A model generated the notes under the pieces. The model did no database searches. It saw nothing but the letters and a program-made list of their open reading frames with translations, and was not told where the DNA came from. DNA of 35,379 nt from a virus (taxonomy: Duplodnaviria > Caudoviricetes): IMG/VR virus record IMGVR_UViG_3300012352_000100, positions 1 through 35,379 of that record. The stretch is one strand, 5' to 3'. This document shows positions 1 through 8,278 of the stretch, one piece after another (the stretch's first letter is position 1; the number at the start of each line of letters is the position of its first letter). The translations under genes were made by a program, and so were the position numbers.

Positions 1-55
1 TTACAGATACTAGAGCGAGAGCGGCGCTTTCTGCTTCGTCTCCTTTGGCTTATAA
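1..55 (+). repeat. 55-bp exact repeat of 34942-34996, with diverged homology continuing to ~248
   Basis: Direct comparison: TTACAGATAC...GGCTTATAA is identical. The copies then differ mainly at synonymous sites (AAC TCA vs AAT AGT). Confidence 0.97.
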
Positions 56-2111
56 CTCAGGCACTGGGGTATTTAGTATTCCCGCAGCGACAAGCTCGCA
101 AAATGGATATTTAACTAGCACGGACTGGTCTACTTTTAACGGGAAACAAGCGGCACTTTCTGGAACTGGTTTTGTAAAGATTAGCGGTACGACAATTAGC
201 TACGATAATACGTCTTATCTTCCTTTAACTGGTGGAACTTTAACGGGTACTTTAATAGGAACTAGAGCCGAATTTACTACTTCTACTTTAGTAGATGGTA
301 TTTTAGTAAATAATGGCTCAGGAAGAGGAATAAGAATTGTAAATGGTGGGGCTGGATATGGCTTAATTATCAATAACGAAACGGCATCTTCTGCAATTCC
401 TTTCGTAATTCAGAAATCCGGATTAGATAAAATTTATTTTACTGATTCAGGAGCAGGTAATTTTACTAGTTCCTTAACGGCTTCTTCATTTGTTAAATCA
501 GGCGGTACTTCGTCTCAGTATTTAATGGCAGACGGAAGCGTTTCTACTTTAACGAATCCAGTTACTGGAACGGGTACAAGCGGAATAGTAGCTAAATTTA
601 ATGGCACTTCTACTATTACTGATTCTATTATTTACGATAATGGAACTAGAGTATCAATAGGTGCAGATGTAACTACTTCGAATAAATTTACTGCTGTTGC
701 TTCAACTACTAGCTCTTATGCAGTAGTGGCTCAAGCATCGGGTGCAGCTAATGGTTTTTGGGCTACTCTTTCGGGGACTGGCGAAATCTTTAGAGGTCAA
801 ACTAGCGGAGGCAGTTATTTCATTATTAACAACGGAGGTAATGCTTTCTTAAATGGTAATTTAAACGTAGGAGATTTTTCATCTACTTCGTATAAATTAA
901 ACGTAGTAGGAACTGGTAATTTTACAGAAGCTTTAAGCGGTACAAGTGCTACGTTTTCGAGTAGTGTTACGGCAACTCAATTAAATACAAGTAGCGGAGT
1001 AGCATTACAAGCGGTATTTAATGCTACATCTAATAATCCATACATTAGATTTGACGAAAGTGGTTCTGCTAAATTCTTTATAGGTAATAGAAATTCTGTT
1101 AGTGGTGGTACTGGAAGTGGTTATGATTTATATACTGCTTCTGCAAATGATTTAAGGGTTTATTCTGGAGGAGGATTAAATACCGTTTTTAGTACAAGTG
1201 GTAATTTAATAGTAGGAAGCGATTCTCAATCTTCTCCTAGTGGTGCAGATAAATTTATTAGCGTTTTTGGAGGTCAAGATTGTAGTTTAATTTTACAAGA
1301 TAGTGTTCAGCTTTGGGAGCTTTATGTAAATGATGATTTTTATATTAATAGAGGTTCTACAAATGCTTTAACTGTTTTAAGAACTAATGGCAACGTAGGC
1401 ATAGGAACGACTGCGCCAAACAGATTATTAGAAGTAGCAACTGGTAGCGATACTTATTTAAGAGTAACTGGAAACAGAGGAAACGCTGATGGAGTACACG
1501 TAGGAAATATAGAATTCTATAATTCAAATACTTCTAGATTAGTCGGAGAAGTTAGGGGAATTACTGGAACTGGAGGCACTCAATCTAATAGCGGTCAATT
1601 AGCATTTTATACAAATGATGCTGGAACGTATGCCGAACGTATGCGGATTACTAGCGTAGGACAAGTTCAAATAAAACAATCAGGTAACGGTCATGATAAT
1701 GGTGGACTAAGTATATTTAATACTTCATCTAATATATGGAATGTTGTTAATGGAGGAGACAATAGCTTATATCTTGGATATAATGGAACTTCAAAAGGGT
1801 ATTTTGTTGCAGCTACTGGAATTTATGTAGCAATTTCAGATAAAAATAAAAAGAAAGATTTTGAAGAGTCTAATATAGGATTAGCTGAAGTAATGCAATT
1901 AAAGCCTACATTATTTAGAATGATTTCAGATTCAGATAAAGATGATAAACAATTAGGATTTTTAGCTCAAGAAGTTAAAGATTATATCCCACAAGCGTAT
2001 GCAGAAACTTCTAATGGTTTTATTGGATTACAAGATAGACCAATTTTAGCAGCTGCAATTAAAGCCATACAAGAATTAAAAGCAGAATTAGACATTTTAA
2101 AAAATAAATAA
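3..2111 (+). CDS. Tail fibre/spike, 3' part (5'-truncated), with C-terminal intramolecular chaperone (peptidase S74-like) domain
   Basis: Frame is open from base 3 (TDTRARAALSASSPLAYNSG...). G/S/T/N-rich fibre motifs (SFVKSGGTSSQYLMADGS, NGNVGIGTTAP). C-terminal ISDKNKK...LKP...GFLAQEV...AIQELKAE is the S74 auto-cleaving chaperone signature. The N-terminus is encoded from 34719 onward. Confidence 0.88.
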   Translation, partial: TDTRARAALSASSPLAYNSGTGVFSIPAATSSQNGYLTSTDWSTFNGKQAALSGTGFVKISGTTISYDNTSYLPLTGGTLTGTLIGTRAEFTTSTLVDGILVNNGSGRGIRIVNGGAGYGLIINNETASSAIPFVIQKSGLDKIYFTDSGAGNFTSSLTASSFVKSGGTSSQYLMADGSVSTLTNPVTGTGTSGIVAKFNGTSTITDSIIYDNGTRVSIGADVTTSNKFTAVASTTSSYAVVAQASGAANGFWATLSGTGEIFRGQTSGGSYFIINNGGNAFLNGNLNVGDFSSTSYKLNVVGTGNFTEALSGTSATFSSSVTATQLNTSSGVALQAVFNATSNNPYIRFDESGSAKFFIGNRNSVSGGTGSGYDLYTASANDLRVYSGGGLNTVFSTSGNLIVGSDSQSSPSGADKFISVFGGQDCSLILQDSVQLWELYVNDDFYINRGSTNALTVLRTNGNVGIGTTAPNRLLEVATGSDTYLRVTGNRGNADGVHVGNIEFYNSNTSRLVGEVRGITGTGGTQSNSGQLAFYTNDAGTYAERMRITSVGQVQIKQSGNGHDNGGLSIFNTSSNIWNVVNGGDNSLYLGYNGTSKGYFVAATGIYVAISDKNKKKDFEESNIGLAEVMQLKPTLFRMISDSDKDDKQLGFLAQEVKDYIPQAYAETSNGFIGLQDRPILAAAIKAIQELKAELDILKNK

Positions 2112-2112
2112 T

Positions 2113-2430
2113 ATGGCATTCACTTGGGTAATATCACAATTAGACTCTATCCCTTCCCTTGACGGAATGGACAAAGTAATTAGCGTAATTCATTACAGAG
2201 CGCAAAAGGCACACGAAGACTTTACGGCTGACACCTACGGAGCTTTATCGGTAGATGCGCCACACGAAGCGAGCTTCACTCCTTACGATGAAGTAACTAA
2301 AGAAATGGTCGAAGGATGGCTAGAAGCTGGACTAGATACCGAAGCAATCGAAGCGAATTTGGATGCACAAATAGAGAACTTTTTAAATCCTCCTATTGTG
2401 GCTTATCCGCTACCTTGGAATAACAATTAG
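2113..2430 (+). CDS. Small acidic phage protein following the tail fibre (possible fibre-associated protein)
   Basis: Starts 2 nt after the fibre stop. The FTWVISQLD...FTPYDEVTKEMVEGW...NPP..LPW pattern resembles proteins I recall next to fibres in aquatic phages. Confidence 0.6.
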   Translation: MAFTWVISQLDSIPSLDGMDKVISVIHYRAQKAHEDFTADTYGALSVDAPHEASFTPYDEVTKEMVEGWLEAGLDTEAIEANLDAQIENFLNPPIVAYPLPWNNN

Positions 2431-2452
2431 TAAAACGCTATTTAATAGTAAG
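2421..2452 (+). promoter_or_regulatory. Putative phage late promoter (TAAC-N13-CTATTTA)
   Basis: GCTATTTAATAGTAAG at 2437-2452 matches GCTATTTAGTAGTAAG at 31212-31227 in 15/16 positions. The core is intergenic, upstream of the lysis region. Confidence 0.6.
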
Positions 2453-2474
2453 TTCAACCATAAAAAACGACAGT

Positions 2475-2744
2475 ATGAAATTAGATTTTAATTTTGATTT
2501 AGTAGGATTAGACGGCGTAGCTATTGAAGGCGCAAACGCTGGTAAATTACTAGCTAACGCTTTAGCGCAAGGCTCTAAAGGAGACGCGCTTAAATTCTGG
2601 GACTGGGCGGTTAATCTAAACAAAGGCGAAATCCTGGACTTAGATTCTAGCGACCAGGAAACAATCAAGAATTTTATTAAAGATTCTGAAGGCTTTACTA
2701 TTTTAGCTAAAGCTCAATTATTGCAAGTATTGAAAAAGGACTAA
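2475..2744 (+). CDS. Hypothetical protein
   Basis: 89-aa ORF with ATG and A-rich leader, coupled to the next gene by TAATG. Confidence 0.75.
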   Translation: MKLDFNFDLVGLDGVAIEGANAGKLLANALAQGSKGDALKFWDWAVNLNKGEILDLDSSDQETIKNFIKDSEGFTILAKAQLLQVLKKD

Positions 2745-2899
2745 TGACGGACGACGACGTAAAAGTAGGTATTCTAAATATGGCAGTTTTTGCCCTATCT
2801 TTCTCTGAATTAGAAAGCTATTTAAAAGTCGCGTTATTATTAGTCTCGATAGGATATACTTGCAACAAATGGTATAAACTATACAAAGAGAAAAAGTAA
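2744..2899 (+). CDS. Small membrane protein, holin/antiholin candidate (not in ORF track)
   Basis: MTDDDVKVGILNMAVFALSFSELESYLKVALLLVSIGYTCNKWYKLYKEKK (51 aa): two hydrophobic segments, basic C-tail, TAATG overlaps at both ends. Confidence 0.65.
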   Translation: MTDDDVKVGILNMAVFALSFSELESYLKVALLLVSIGYTCNKWYKLYKEKK

Positions 2900-3186
2900 T
2901 GGCATTTTTAGACATTTTTAAAGACGATAACGAGATAAACGAAAAGGCTATTTTAGGCTTTGCCTCGTTTGGAGTACTTACTATTTACGGAATCGCTGAC
3001 GTAGTCACTGGTTTAGAAGGTCAACAGTTCGTAATCGAACCCATTATTTTAGAGGTTTTCGCTGGCTTAACTTTTGGCTGTTTTGGTATTGCTAGCTATG
3101 AGAAAGTGGCTAACAGAAAGACGGACGCAGAGCGCGAGAAAAACTTACCAGGTGGATTAGCTCCGCTTCCAGAAGATGAAGGCTAA
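2899..3186 (+). CDS. Putative holin (two transmembrane segments)
   Basis: Hydrophobic stretches AILGFASFGVLTIYGIADVV and IILEVFAGLTFGCFGIA, charged C-terminus, located upstream of the endolysin. Confidence 0.6.
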   Translation: MAFLDIFKDDNEINEKAILGFASFGVLTIYGIADVVTGLEGQQFVIEPIILEVFAGLTFGCFGIASYEKVANRKTDAEREKNLPGGLAPLPEDEG

Positions 3187-3781
3187 TATAGTTCTTTTTT
3201 TGTGCTGTATAGTGGCGATTTATTACGCCTATACTAAACACGTACAAGCTGGAGAAACTAGACCAAACGATACGCTTGTAGTCCATGACACTACCTGGAA
3301 AATCCACGATTCTATCGTAGTTAAAAAAGTACCCGTTTTAAAAGAGGTTATAGTAGAGGTAGCTTCCCGTCCGGAAATGTTACCGGACACGAACTACGCT
3401 ACTTTAAAACGCCAGTACATGGCTCTTTTACAGCTTTACTTAAACAAGGTAATTTATTCGGATACGATTAAAGTAGGAACGTACGGCTACATAGCTGTAC
3501 TAGATACTATTGCAGAGAATAAACTAGCCTACAGAAAGACCCAGGAGAATTACAAAATACCGGTAGTAAAAGAGACTAAGACTATTACTAAGTATAATCC
3601 ACCAGTTAGAAATTTATTCGTAGGTGGTGGTATTACTACTAGCAATTCTCTAGGAATCAGAGGCATAGAAGCCGGGATAATTTACAAGACAAAGAAAGAC
3701 GCGCTCTTTAACGCTAAAGCTAGCGTAGACTTAAACGGTTCGCCTCTATACGGGTTCGGATATTATTACAAGATAAAATAA
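3176..3781 (+). CDS. Membrane-anchored lysis-cassette protein (spanin-like candidate)
   Basis: N-terminal TM helix, DT-rich extended region, C-terminal amphipathic beta-strands ending YGFGYYYKIK. Lies between the holin candidate and the endolysin. Confidence 0.5.
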   Translation: MKANIVLFLCCIVAIYYAYTKHVQAGETRPNDTLVVHDTTWKIHDSIVVKKVPVLKEVIVEVASRPEMLPDTNYATLKRQYMALLQLYLNKVIYSDTIKVGTYGYIAVLDTIAENKLAYRKTQENYKIPVVKETKTITKYNPPVRNLFVGGGITTSNSLGIRGIEAGIIYKTKKDALFNAKASVDLNGSPLYGFGYYYKIK

Positions 3782-3782
3782 T

Positions 3783-4628
3783 ATGCTACTAAAATTAGGC
3801 TCTACGGGGGAAGATGTAAACAAATTACAGATTAGGCTAGGAATAGAACCAGTCGGAAAATTTGGTCCTAAAACTGATTCAGCGGTTAAGGGTTTTCAAT
3901 CTGCCCACGGATTAACACCCGACGGAATTGTAGGCGATGCTACCTGGAATAAATTATTTCCACCAGCTCCAAGCTTAGAAGCTCCGGTAATCGTAGCGCC
4001 TCCAGTAATTACACCAGTACAGACCGGATTTAAACTAGACAATCTTAAGGGACATATTCCGCAAGCGGTTATCGACCAGATACCAGACACAGCTAGCAAA
4101 TTCGGAATAACTAACACGCTTAGACTAGCTCACTTTCTAGCGCAATGCGGACACGAAAGTGGAGGCTTCAAAGCAGTAAGAGAAAACCTTAACTATTCAG
4201 CTAAGGGCTTGCTAGGAATATTTCGCAAGTATTTCACAAATGTAAATTTAGCACAGCAATACGAGCGCAAGCCGGAGAAAATAGCTAATAGAGTTTACGC
4301 ATCTAGAATGGGTAACGGAAACGAAGCTAGCGGAGACGGTTTCGCGTTCCGGGGAAGGGGTTATATCCAGCTCACGGGTAAAGACAATTATAGCCTATTC
4401 GATGCGACAGTCCCGGAAAACATTTTAGCAGACCCGGAGCTAGTAGCTACTAAATACCCGCTGGCTAGTGCTGCGTTTTTCTTTAAACGAAATAATCTTT
4501 GGGCTATTTGCGACAGAGGCGCAAGCGTAGCAGACGTAACAGCTGTAACTAAACGCGTTAACGGTGGTACAATAGGACTACCAGATAGAATAAAACATTT
4601 TAACGAGTATTATAAGCTATTAAGCTAA
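3783..4628 (+). CDS. Endolysin: N-terminal peptidoglycan-binding domain plus glycoside hydrolase family 19 domain
   Basis: LKLGSTGEDV..LQ...FGPKTDSAVKGFQ..HGLTPDGIVG (PG_binding_1), Pro-rich linker, AHFLAQCGHESGGF...ENLNYS...FRGRGYIQLTGKDNY...VTKRVNGG (GH19). Confidence 0.93.
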   Translation: MLLKLGSTGEDVNKLQIRLGIEPVGKFGPKTDSAVKGFQSAHGLTPDGIVGDATWNKLFPPAPSLEAPVIVAPPVITPVQTGFKLDNLKGHIPQAVIDQIPDTASKFGITNTLRLAHFLAQCGHESGGFKAVRENLNYSAKGLLGIFRKYFTNVNLAQQYERKPEKIANRVYASRMGNGNEASGDGFAFRGRGYIQLTGKDNYSLFDATVPENILADPELVATKYPLASAAFFFKRNNLWAICDRGASVADVTAVTKRVNGGTIGLPDRIKHFNEYYKLLS

Positions 4629-5143
4629 TGCCTTTACTATTTAAAATTACCGCTTTTCTTGTTAGCTTAATTATAGGCTCTGGATTCTTAATTCAGACCG
4701 TATTTTTATACAAGCACTTTAACGAAAAGGAAGACGTCGCAGTAATGCCGGTAGAAAACCGGGTACAAATAGGGGCTTTAGCTGGTAACAGAAGCCTAGA
4801 ATTTGGTGTAAAAAATATACTAGAAGAATTAATCTCAGAAAAAGGACACGGCTTAGACGATAACGCAGTAAGCCAGGTAAAAGTAGAGATATTATTTCTA
4901 GACGTTTTAAAAACGCAGTCTAATTTATCCGTATTCCACAGCAATAAAGAAGCTGTAGTAATCCGTTTACGGGGTAAATTCATAGTAAAAGGTAAAGTAA
5001 TTAAGACCGTTATAGTAGAAGAGCAAGCCGAAGAGGTAAGTATGTCTACTCTATTAATTGATGAAGGGGGAAAGTTCAACCAAACGAACCTTAGCACAGC
5101 TTTAAAAAAGGCTTCAGATTCATTAATTAATAAATTACTATGA
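4628..5143 (+). CDS. Membrane-anchored/exported protein, divergent CsgG-like paralogue of 7568-8278
   Basis: N-terminal hydrophobic segment. Its GVKNILEELISE and KFNQTNLSTALKKA match GVTNIVVEFLEE and KFNQSTIGTTTKKA in the 7568 ORF. Confidence 0.6.
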   Translation: MPLLFKITAFLVSLIIGSGFLIQTVFLYKHFNEKEDVAVMPVENRVQIGALAGNRSLEFGVKNILEELISEKGHGLDDNAVSQVKVEILFLDVLKTQSNLSVFHSNKEAVVIRLRGKFIVKGKVIKTVIVEEQAEEVSMSTLLIDEGGKFNQTNLSTALKKASDSLINKLL

Positions 5144-6903
5144 TTAGACTTATTTTAGCGTTATTGTTACTTAGTCAAATAGCTAAGGCGCAAACTATTA
5201 AACTTTACTTTGATAACGATACGACTAATACAAACGTAGACGGGCAAGTAATTAACAAAGGCGATACGTTTATCGTACCGGTTTACGCGGATGGTAACGG
5301 CAATACTACAGCGCGCTCTTTATACTTCGACTTTGAATACCAAAACGACGCCTTCGAATTTATTTCTATTAACCACACTGGAACGGGTGGAAATGGTGGG
5401 ATAATTCCTTACGGTTCTCAAATTTCAGATAGCTACTATTTATACCCTGGCTATTCATTCAATAAGACCAGCTTAAATAATACGCCCAACGGTAATACGA
5501 ATTACAACTACGCTAGCTATAACTATACACAAGGCGGTAATAAAACGATTCTACGCTATTATCTAAACTGGGCTATACAATCGGGAGGGCTTGGACTAGA
5601 TAGGCTCTTAAATCTAAAGTTTAAACTAAAGACTACAGCGCCAGGTTTCGCTTGGAATCCTATACTAATGAACTTCGGGGCAGCGTTTAATCAAAACGGT
5701 ACGGCTGGCTCTACGATTATGACTACGCCGTTAACAAATGTAATCATGCTAGACCCTACGGCTAGCAAATACGTAACGGCTAAAATAGAAACTAATGGCA
5801 ACCTAGACGAGTTTAGCTTAACGCGAGTACATTTTGTAGACTCTACCACAAACCAGGGATTTTTTGTAGACGCTTTAAGTAATGGAACGCTACCGGTAGA
5901 CCAAACTTTACTACAGCCTAATACGGTTTACAAAGTCTTTGCTTCGGTTAATATGGATTCTATGATAGATTTATATAAAGGAGCGGTAACGGTAAGCGAT
6001 TATACTACAGCCCTGGCAGAGTTTGCTACCCAGAATCTAGACGGTACTTTTAGAAACCAGAATATAATTACTGGAGCTGGCTACTATTCAGCTGACGTAA
6101 ATAATAATAAGGTCTTTGATGGTGGCGACCTGGTTAAACTATTTGCCCAAACCGTCGGGGTAGATTCGCTTTATAAATTGCCGGCTCAATACCAGGCGGG
6201 GACTGACATGTATATGAGCGTACCTACTTTTTTAGAGTCAGACTTTAACGCTTTAAACGCTACTACCTGGAAGGCAATTACTACGCCTTACGTTAGCTTT
6301 AAAACTGGAGTAATCGGGACAAACAAACAGCTTAATTTAAAGTATGTTTTAAAGGGCGATATTAACCGCTCTCACAGCTCGCAAGTTATTAGAGGTAGCG
6401 ACATAGTCTCGAACGCTATACCATCGCTTAAAAAGAATCTAGATAGCCCTAAAGCTAATCTACTTATTAACACTCCGCAAGACATACCAGCTATTAACGT
6501 AACAGTTAAAAGCGTAACTGTACTTAGCAATCAAGTAGAGATACCTATAGCGATTAATACGGGAGCTTATAGTATGTCAGCTGTACAGTTCGAATTTATT
6601 TACGACGCTACTAAAATTAAATTTGAAAGCATAGCTAGCAATTTACCTAATACCTGGTACACGTTTATAGATAATAAGCCAGGACGTTTAAAATTTGGTA
6701 GCTTGGATAAGGATTTGAAACTGCCAGTAAGTGGCAGTCTAGTGCCGTTCAAAGTTAAATTTAGTACATTAGTACCGGGCGTAGATATTAACAGCGTTAT
6801 TAAAATTTCGCCGGTAATGGACGCAAGCTCGAAGACTGGATACCAGTTAGGCATAAACTTAAATACGGATAGCATTAAGCTAACCGGTATAAATAACTTT
6901 TAA
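5140..6903 (+). CDS. Secreted protein with cohesin-like, dockerin-like and cohesin-like domains
   Basis: Signal peptide (..AKA|Q). GDTFIVPVYAD...SLYFDFEY and EIPIAIN...SAVQFEFIYDATKIKFESI are cohesin-like beta-sandwich motifs. VTVSD...ADVNNNKVFDGGDL...KGDIN is a dockerin/EF-hand-like Ca-binding pattern. Confidence 0.65.
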   Translation: MIRLILALLLLSQIAKAQTIKLYFDNDTTNTNVDGQVINKGDTFIVPVYADGNGNTTARSLYFDFEYQNDAFEFISINHTGTGGNGGIIPYGSQISDSYYLYPGYSFNKTSLNNTPNGNTNYNYASYNYTQGGNKTILRYYLNWAIQSGGLGLDRLLNLKFKLKTTAPGFAWNPILMNFGAAFNQNGTAGSTIMTTPLTNVIMLDPTASKYVTAKIETNGNLDEFSLTRVHFVDSTTNQGFFVDALSNGTLPVDQTLLQPNTVYKVFASVNMDSMIDLYKGAVTVSDYTTALAEFATQNLDGTFRNQNIITGAGYYSADVNNNKVFDGGDLVKLFAQTVGVDSLYKLPAQYQAGTDMYMSVPTFLESDFNALNATTWKAITTPYVSFKTGVIGTNKQLNLKYVLKGDINRSHSSQVIRGSDIVSNAIPSLKKNLDSPKANLLINTPQDIPAINVTVKSVTVLSNQVEIPIAINTGAYSMSAVQFEFIYDATKIKFESIASNLPNTWYTFIDNKPGRLKFGSLDKDLKLPVSGSLVPFKVKFSTLVPGVDINSVIKISPVMDASSKTGYQLGINLNTDSIKLTGINNF

Positions 6904-6904
6904 A

Positions 6905-7261
6905 ATGAAAAGAATCTATTTATTTCTATTTATTGTAGGGCTAGTAGCTTGTAATGAGCCTCAAATAGTTCTTATTGAGCCGGTAGGATTAGGGGCAAAC
7001 CCAGAAACTAACGCAATTATAGGCTATTCTTTTGTAGAAAAGACGGGATATATTAAAGTAAAGACAACGGTAGGCGCTAAATACAGCCTACAATTACATG
7101 ACATAGGAGCGAAAGAGCCTTTAAAAGTAAAAGGTTTTACAGCTACAGACCCAGAGTCTACGCTAGTAATAGATTTTAATAACGTTCCAGCTGGAATCTA
7201 CGACCTAACGCTAACGGATGTAAGCGGAAATACGAGTAAATTACCTATAAATATCTTATAA
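6905..7261 (+). CDS. Lipoprotein with Ig-like domain resembling a T9SS C-terminal sorting domain
   Basis: MKR + hydrophobic core + lipobox LVAC. YSLQLHDIGAK...IDFNNVPAGIYDLTLTD..GNTSKLPINIL resembles the type A CTD pattern (..YD..G....D.S.L..G.Y.L......K...). Confidence 0.55.
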   Translation: MKRIYLFLFIVGLVACNEPQIVLIEPVGLGANPETNAIIGYSFVEKTGYIKVKTTVGAKYSLQLHDIGAKEPLKVKGFTATDPESTLVIDFNNVPAGIYDLTLTDVSGNTSKLPINIL

Positions 7262-7262
7262 A

Positions 7263-7574
7263 ATGTCAGAAGAAAAAGAAGGAGGCTCTATAAAGGGCGC
7301 TATTATTGGGGGAGTAACTCTCTTAATTACTACAGTTACCGGCGTAGTAGCTACAAAGTTCGAATCATTATTCGGCTCAAAAGAAGAAACGCCTACAGAG
7401 GTGCAAGCGCAACCGCAGACCCAGCCTCAAATAGTAATCAATAACGCGCAGACCCAAGCACAGCAATCCGGAGGTAAGACCGTTATAATTAAAGAAAAAA
7501 GCGCAGAGCCTAAAGCTGAAAAGCCAAAGCCTAAAACAGCTAAAGAAGAACTAGAAGAAGCTCCAAAATGGTAA
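7263..7574 (+). CDS. Single-pass membrane protein with Q-rich and K/E/P-rich low-complexity tail
   Basis: GAIIGGVTLLITTVTGVVA hydrophobic helix followed by QAQPQTQPQ and EPKAEKPKPK. Tightly packed with neighbouring genes. Confidence 0.7.
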   Translation: MSEEKEGGSIKGAIIGGVTLLITTVTGVVATKFESLFGSKEETPTEVQAQPQTQPQIVINNAQTQAQQSGGKTVIIKEKSAEPKAEKPKPKTAKEELEEAPKW

Positions 7575-8278
7575 GATATATCCTAGCTTTTTTACTGGTT
7601 TCTATTTGTTCTTATGGACAAGTAGCACAAACTAAGACCGAGTCTTACCAGGCTAGCTTTGAAAAGAAAATAAATATCGACTCGCTTATGGACTACGAAG
7701 GCGAGAAGATACCTATTCAGCTACTAAGCTTAGGGATTAGCGAAGAAGTATTTAAAAGCTACCCAGAGCTAAAAGACAAACGCGTAGGGCTAGGAGTTAC
7801 TAATATCGTAGTAGAGTTCTTAGAAGAAACTAACCGTTTTATTTTTACTGAGGACAAAGCCGAAATAAAAAACAGAATGGTTAAGCAGTTCCAGGCGTCG
7901 CAGTCTGGAATTACCCAGGACAAACTAGACGGGCGCGGTAAGATTAGACTAGCGCACTACTTTGTTTATATTGAGGTTTACGACTTTAGCGTTAGCGAGG
8001 ACGAATCGATTAGCTTAAAGGACGGAGTAAAGCAGACGGTAGTAACCCGCTTGGGACTCCAGGTAAAATTTGTTAACGCTGAGACTGGAGAATACTTTAC
8101 CGGCTCTGGATTAGGCGAAGCAAAGACAACTAGAGAAGCTACTATCTTAAACGACGGAAACTTCGCAGAGATTAAATTTAACCAGTCAACCATAGGAACA
8201 ACAACCAAGAAAGCGCTAGAGAATGCTACGAGTAAAATCATAGTGCGAATGATAAAGAAGAAAATATTTAAGATGTGA
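7568..8278 (+). CDS. CsgG/HfaB-like (curli transport component family) exported protein
   Basis: Signal peptide (..SYG|Q). GLGVTNIVVEFLEETNRFIFTE...GKIRLAHYFVYIEVYDFSV...LGLQVKFVNAETGE...GSG.GEA follows the CsgG-family core layout. Confidence 0.7.
   Translation: MVRYILAFLLVSICSYGQVAQTKTESYQASFEKKINIDSLMDYEGEKIPIQLLSLGISEEVFKSYPELKDKRVGLGVTNIVVEFLEETNRFIFTEDKAEIKNRMVKQFQASQSGITQDKLDGRGKIRLAHYFVYIEVYDFSVSEDESISLKDGVKQTVVTRLGLQVKFVNAETGEYFTGSGLGEAKTTREATILNDGNFAEIKFNQSTIGTTTKKALENATSKIIVRMIKKKIFKM

Noticed and set aside
1-248. Diversity-generating retroelement (TR/VR pair) explaining the diverged repeat with 34942-35219
   Set aside because: No reverse transcriptase is present. Mismatches are mostly synonymous, not adenine-specific, and lie in the fibre's N-terminal anchor rather than its C-terminus.
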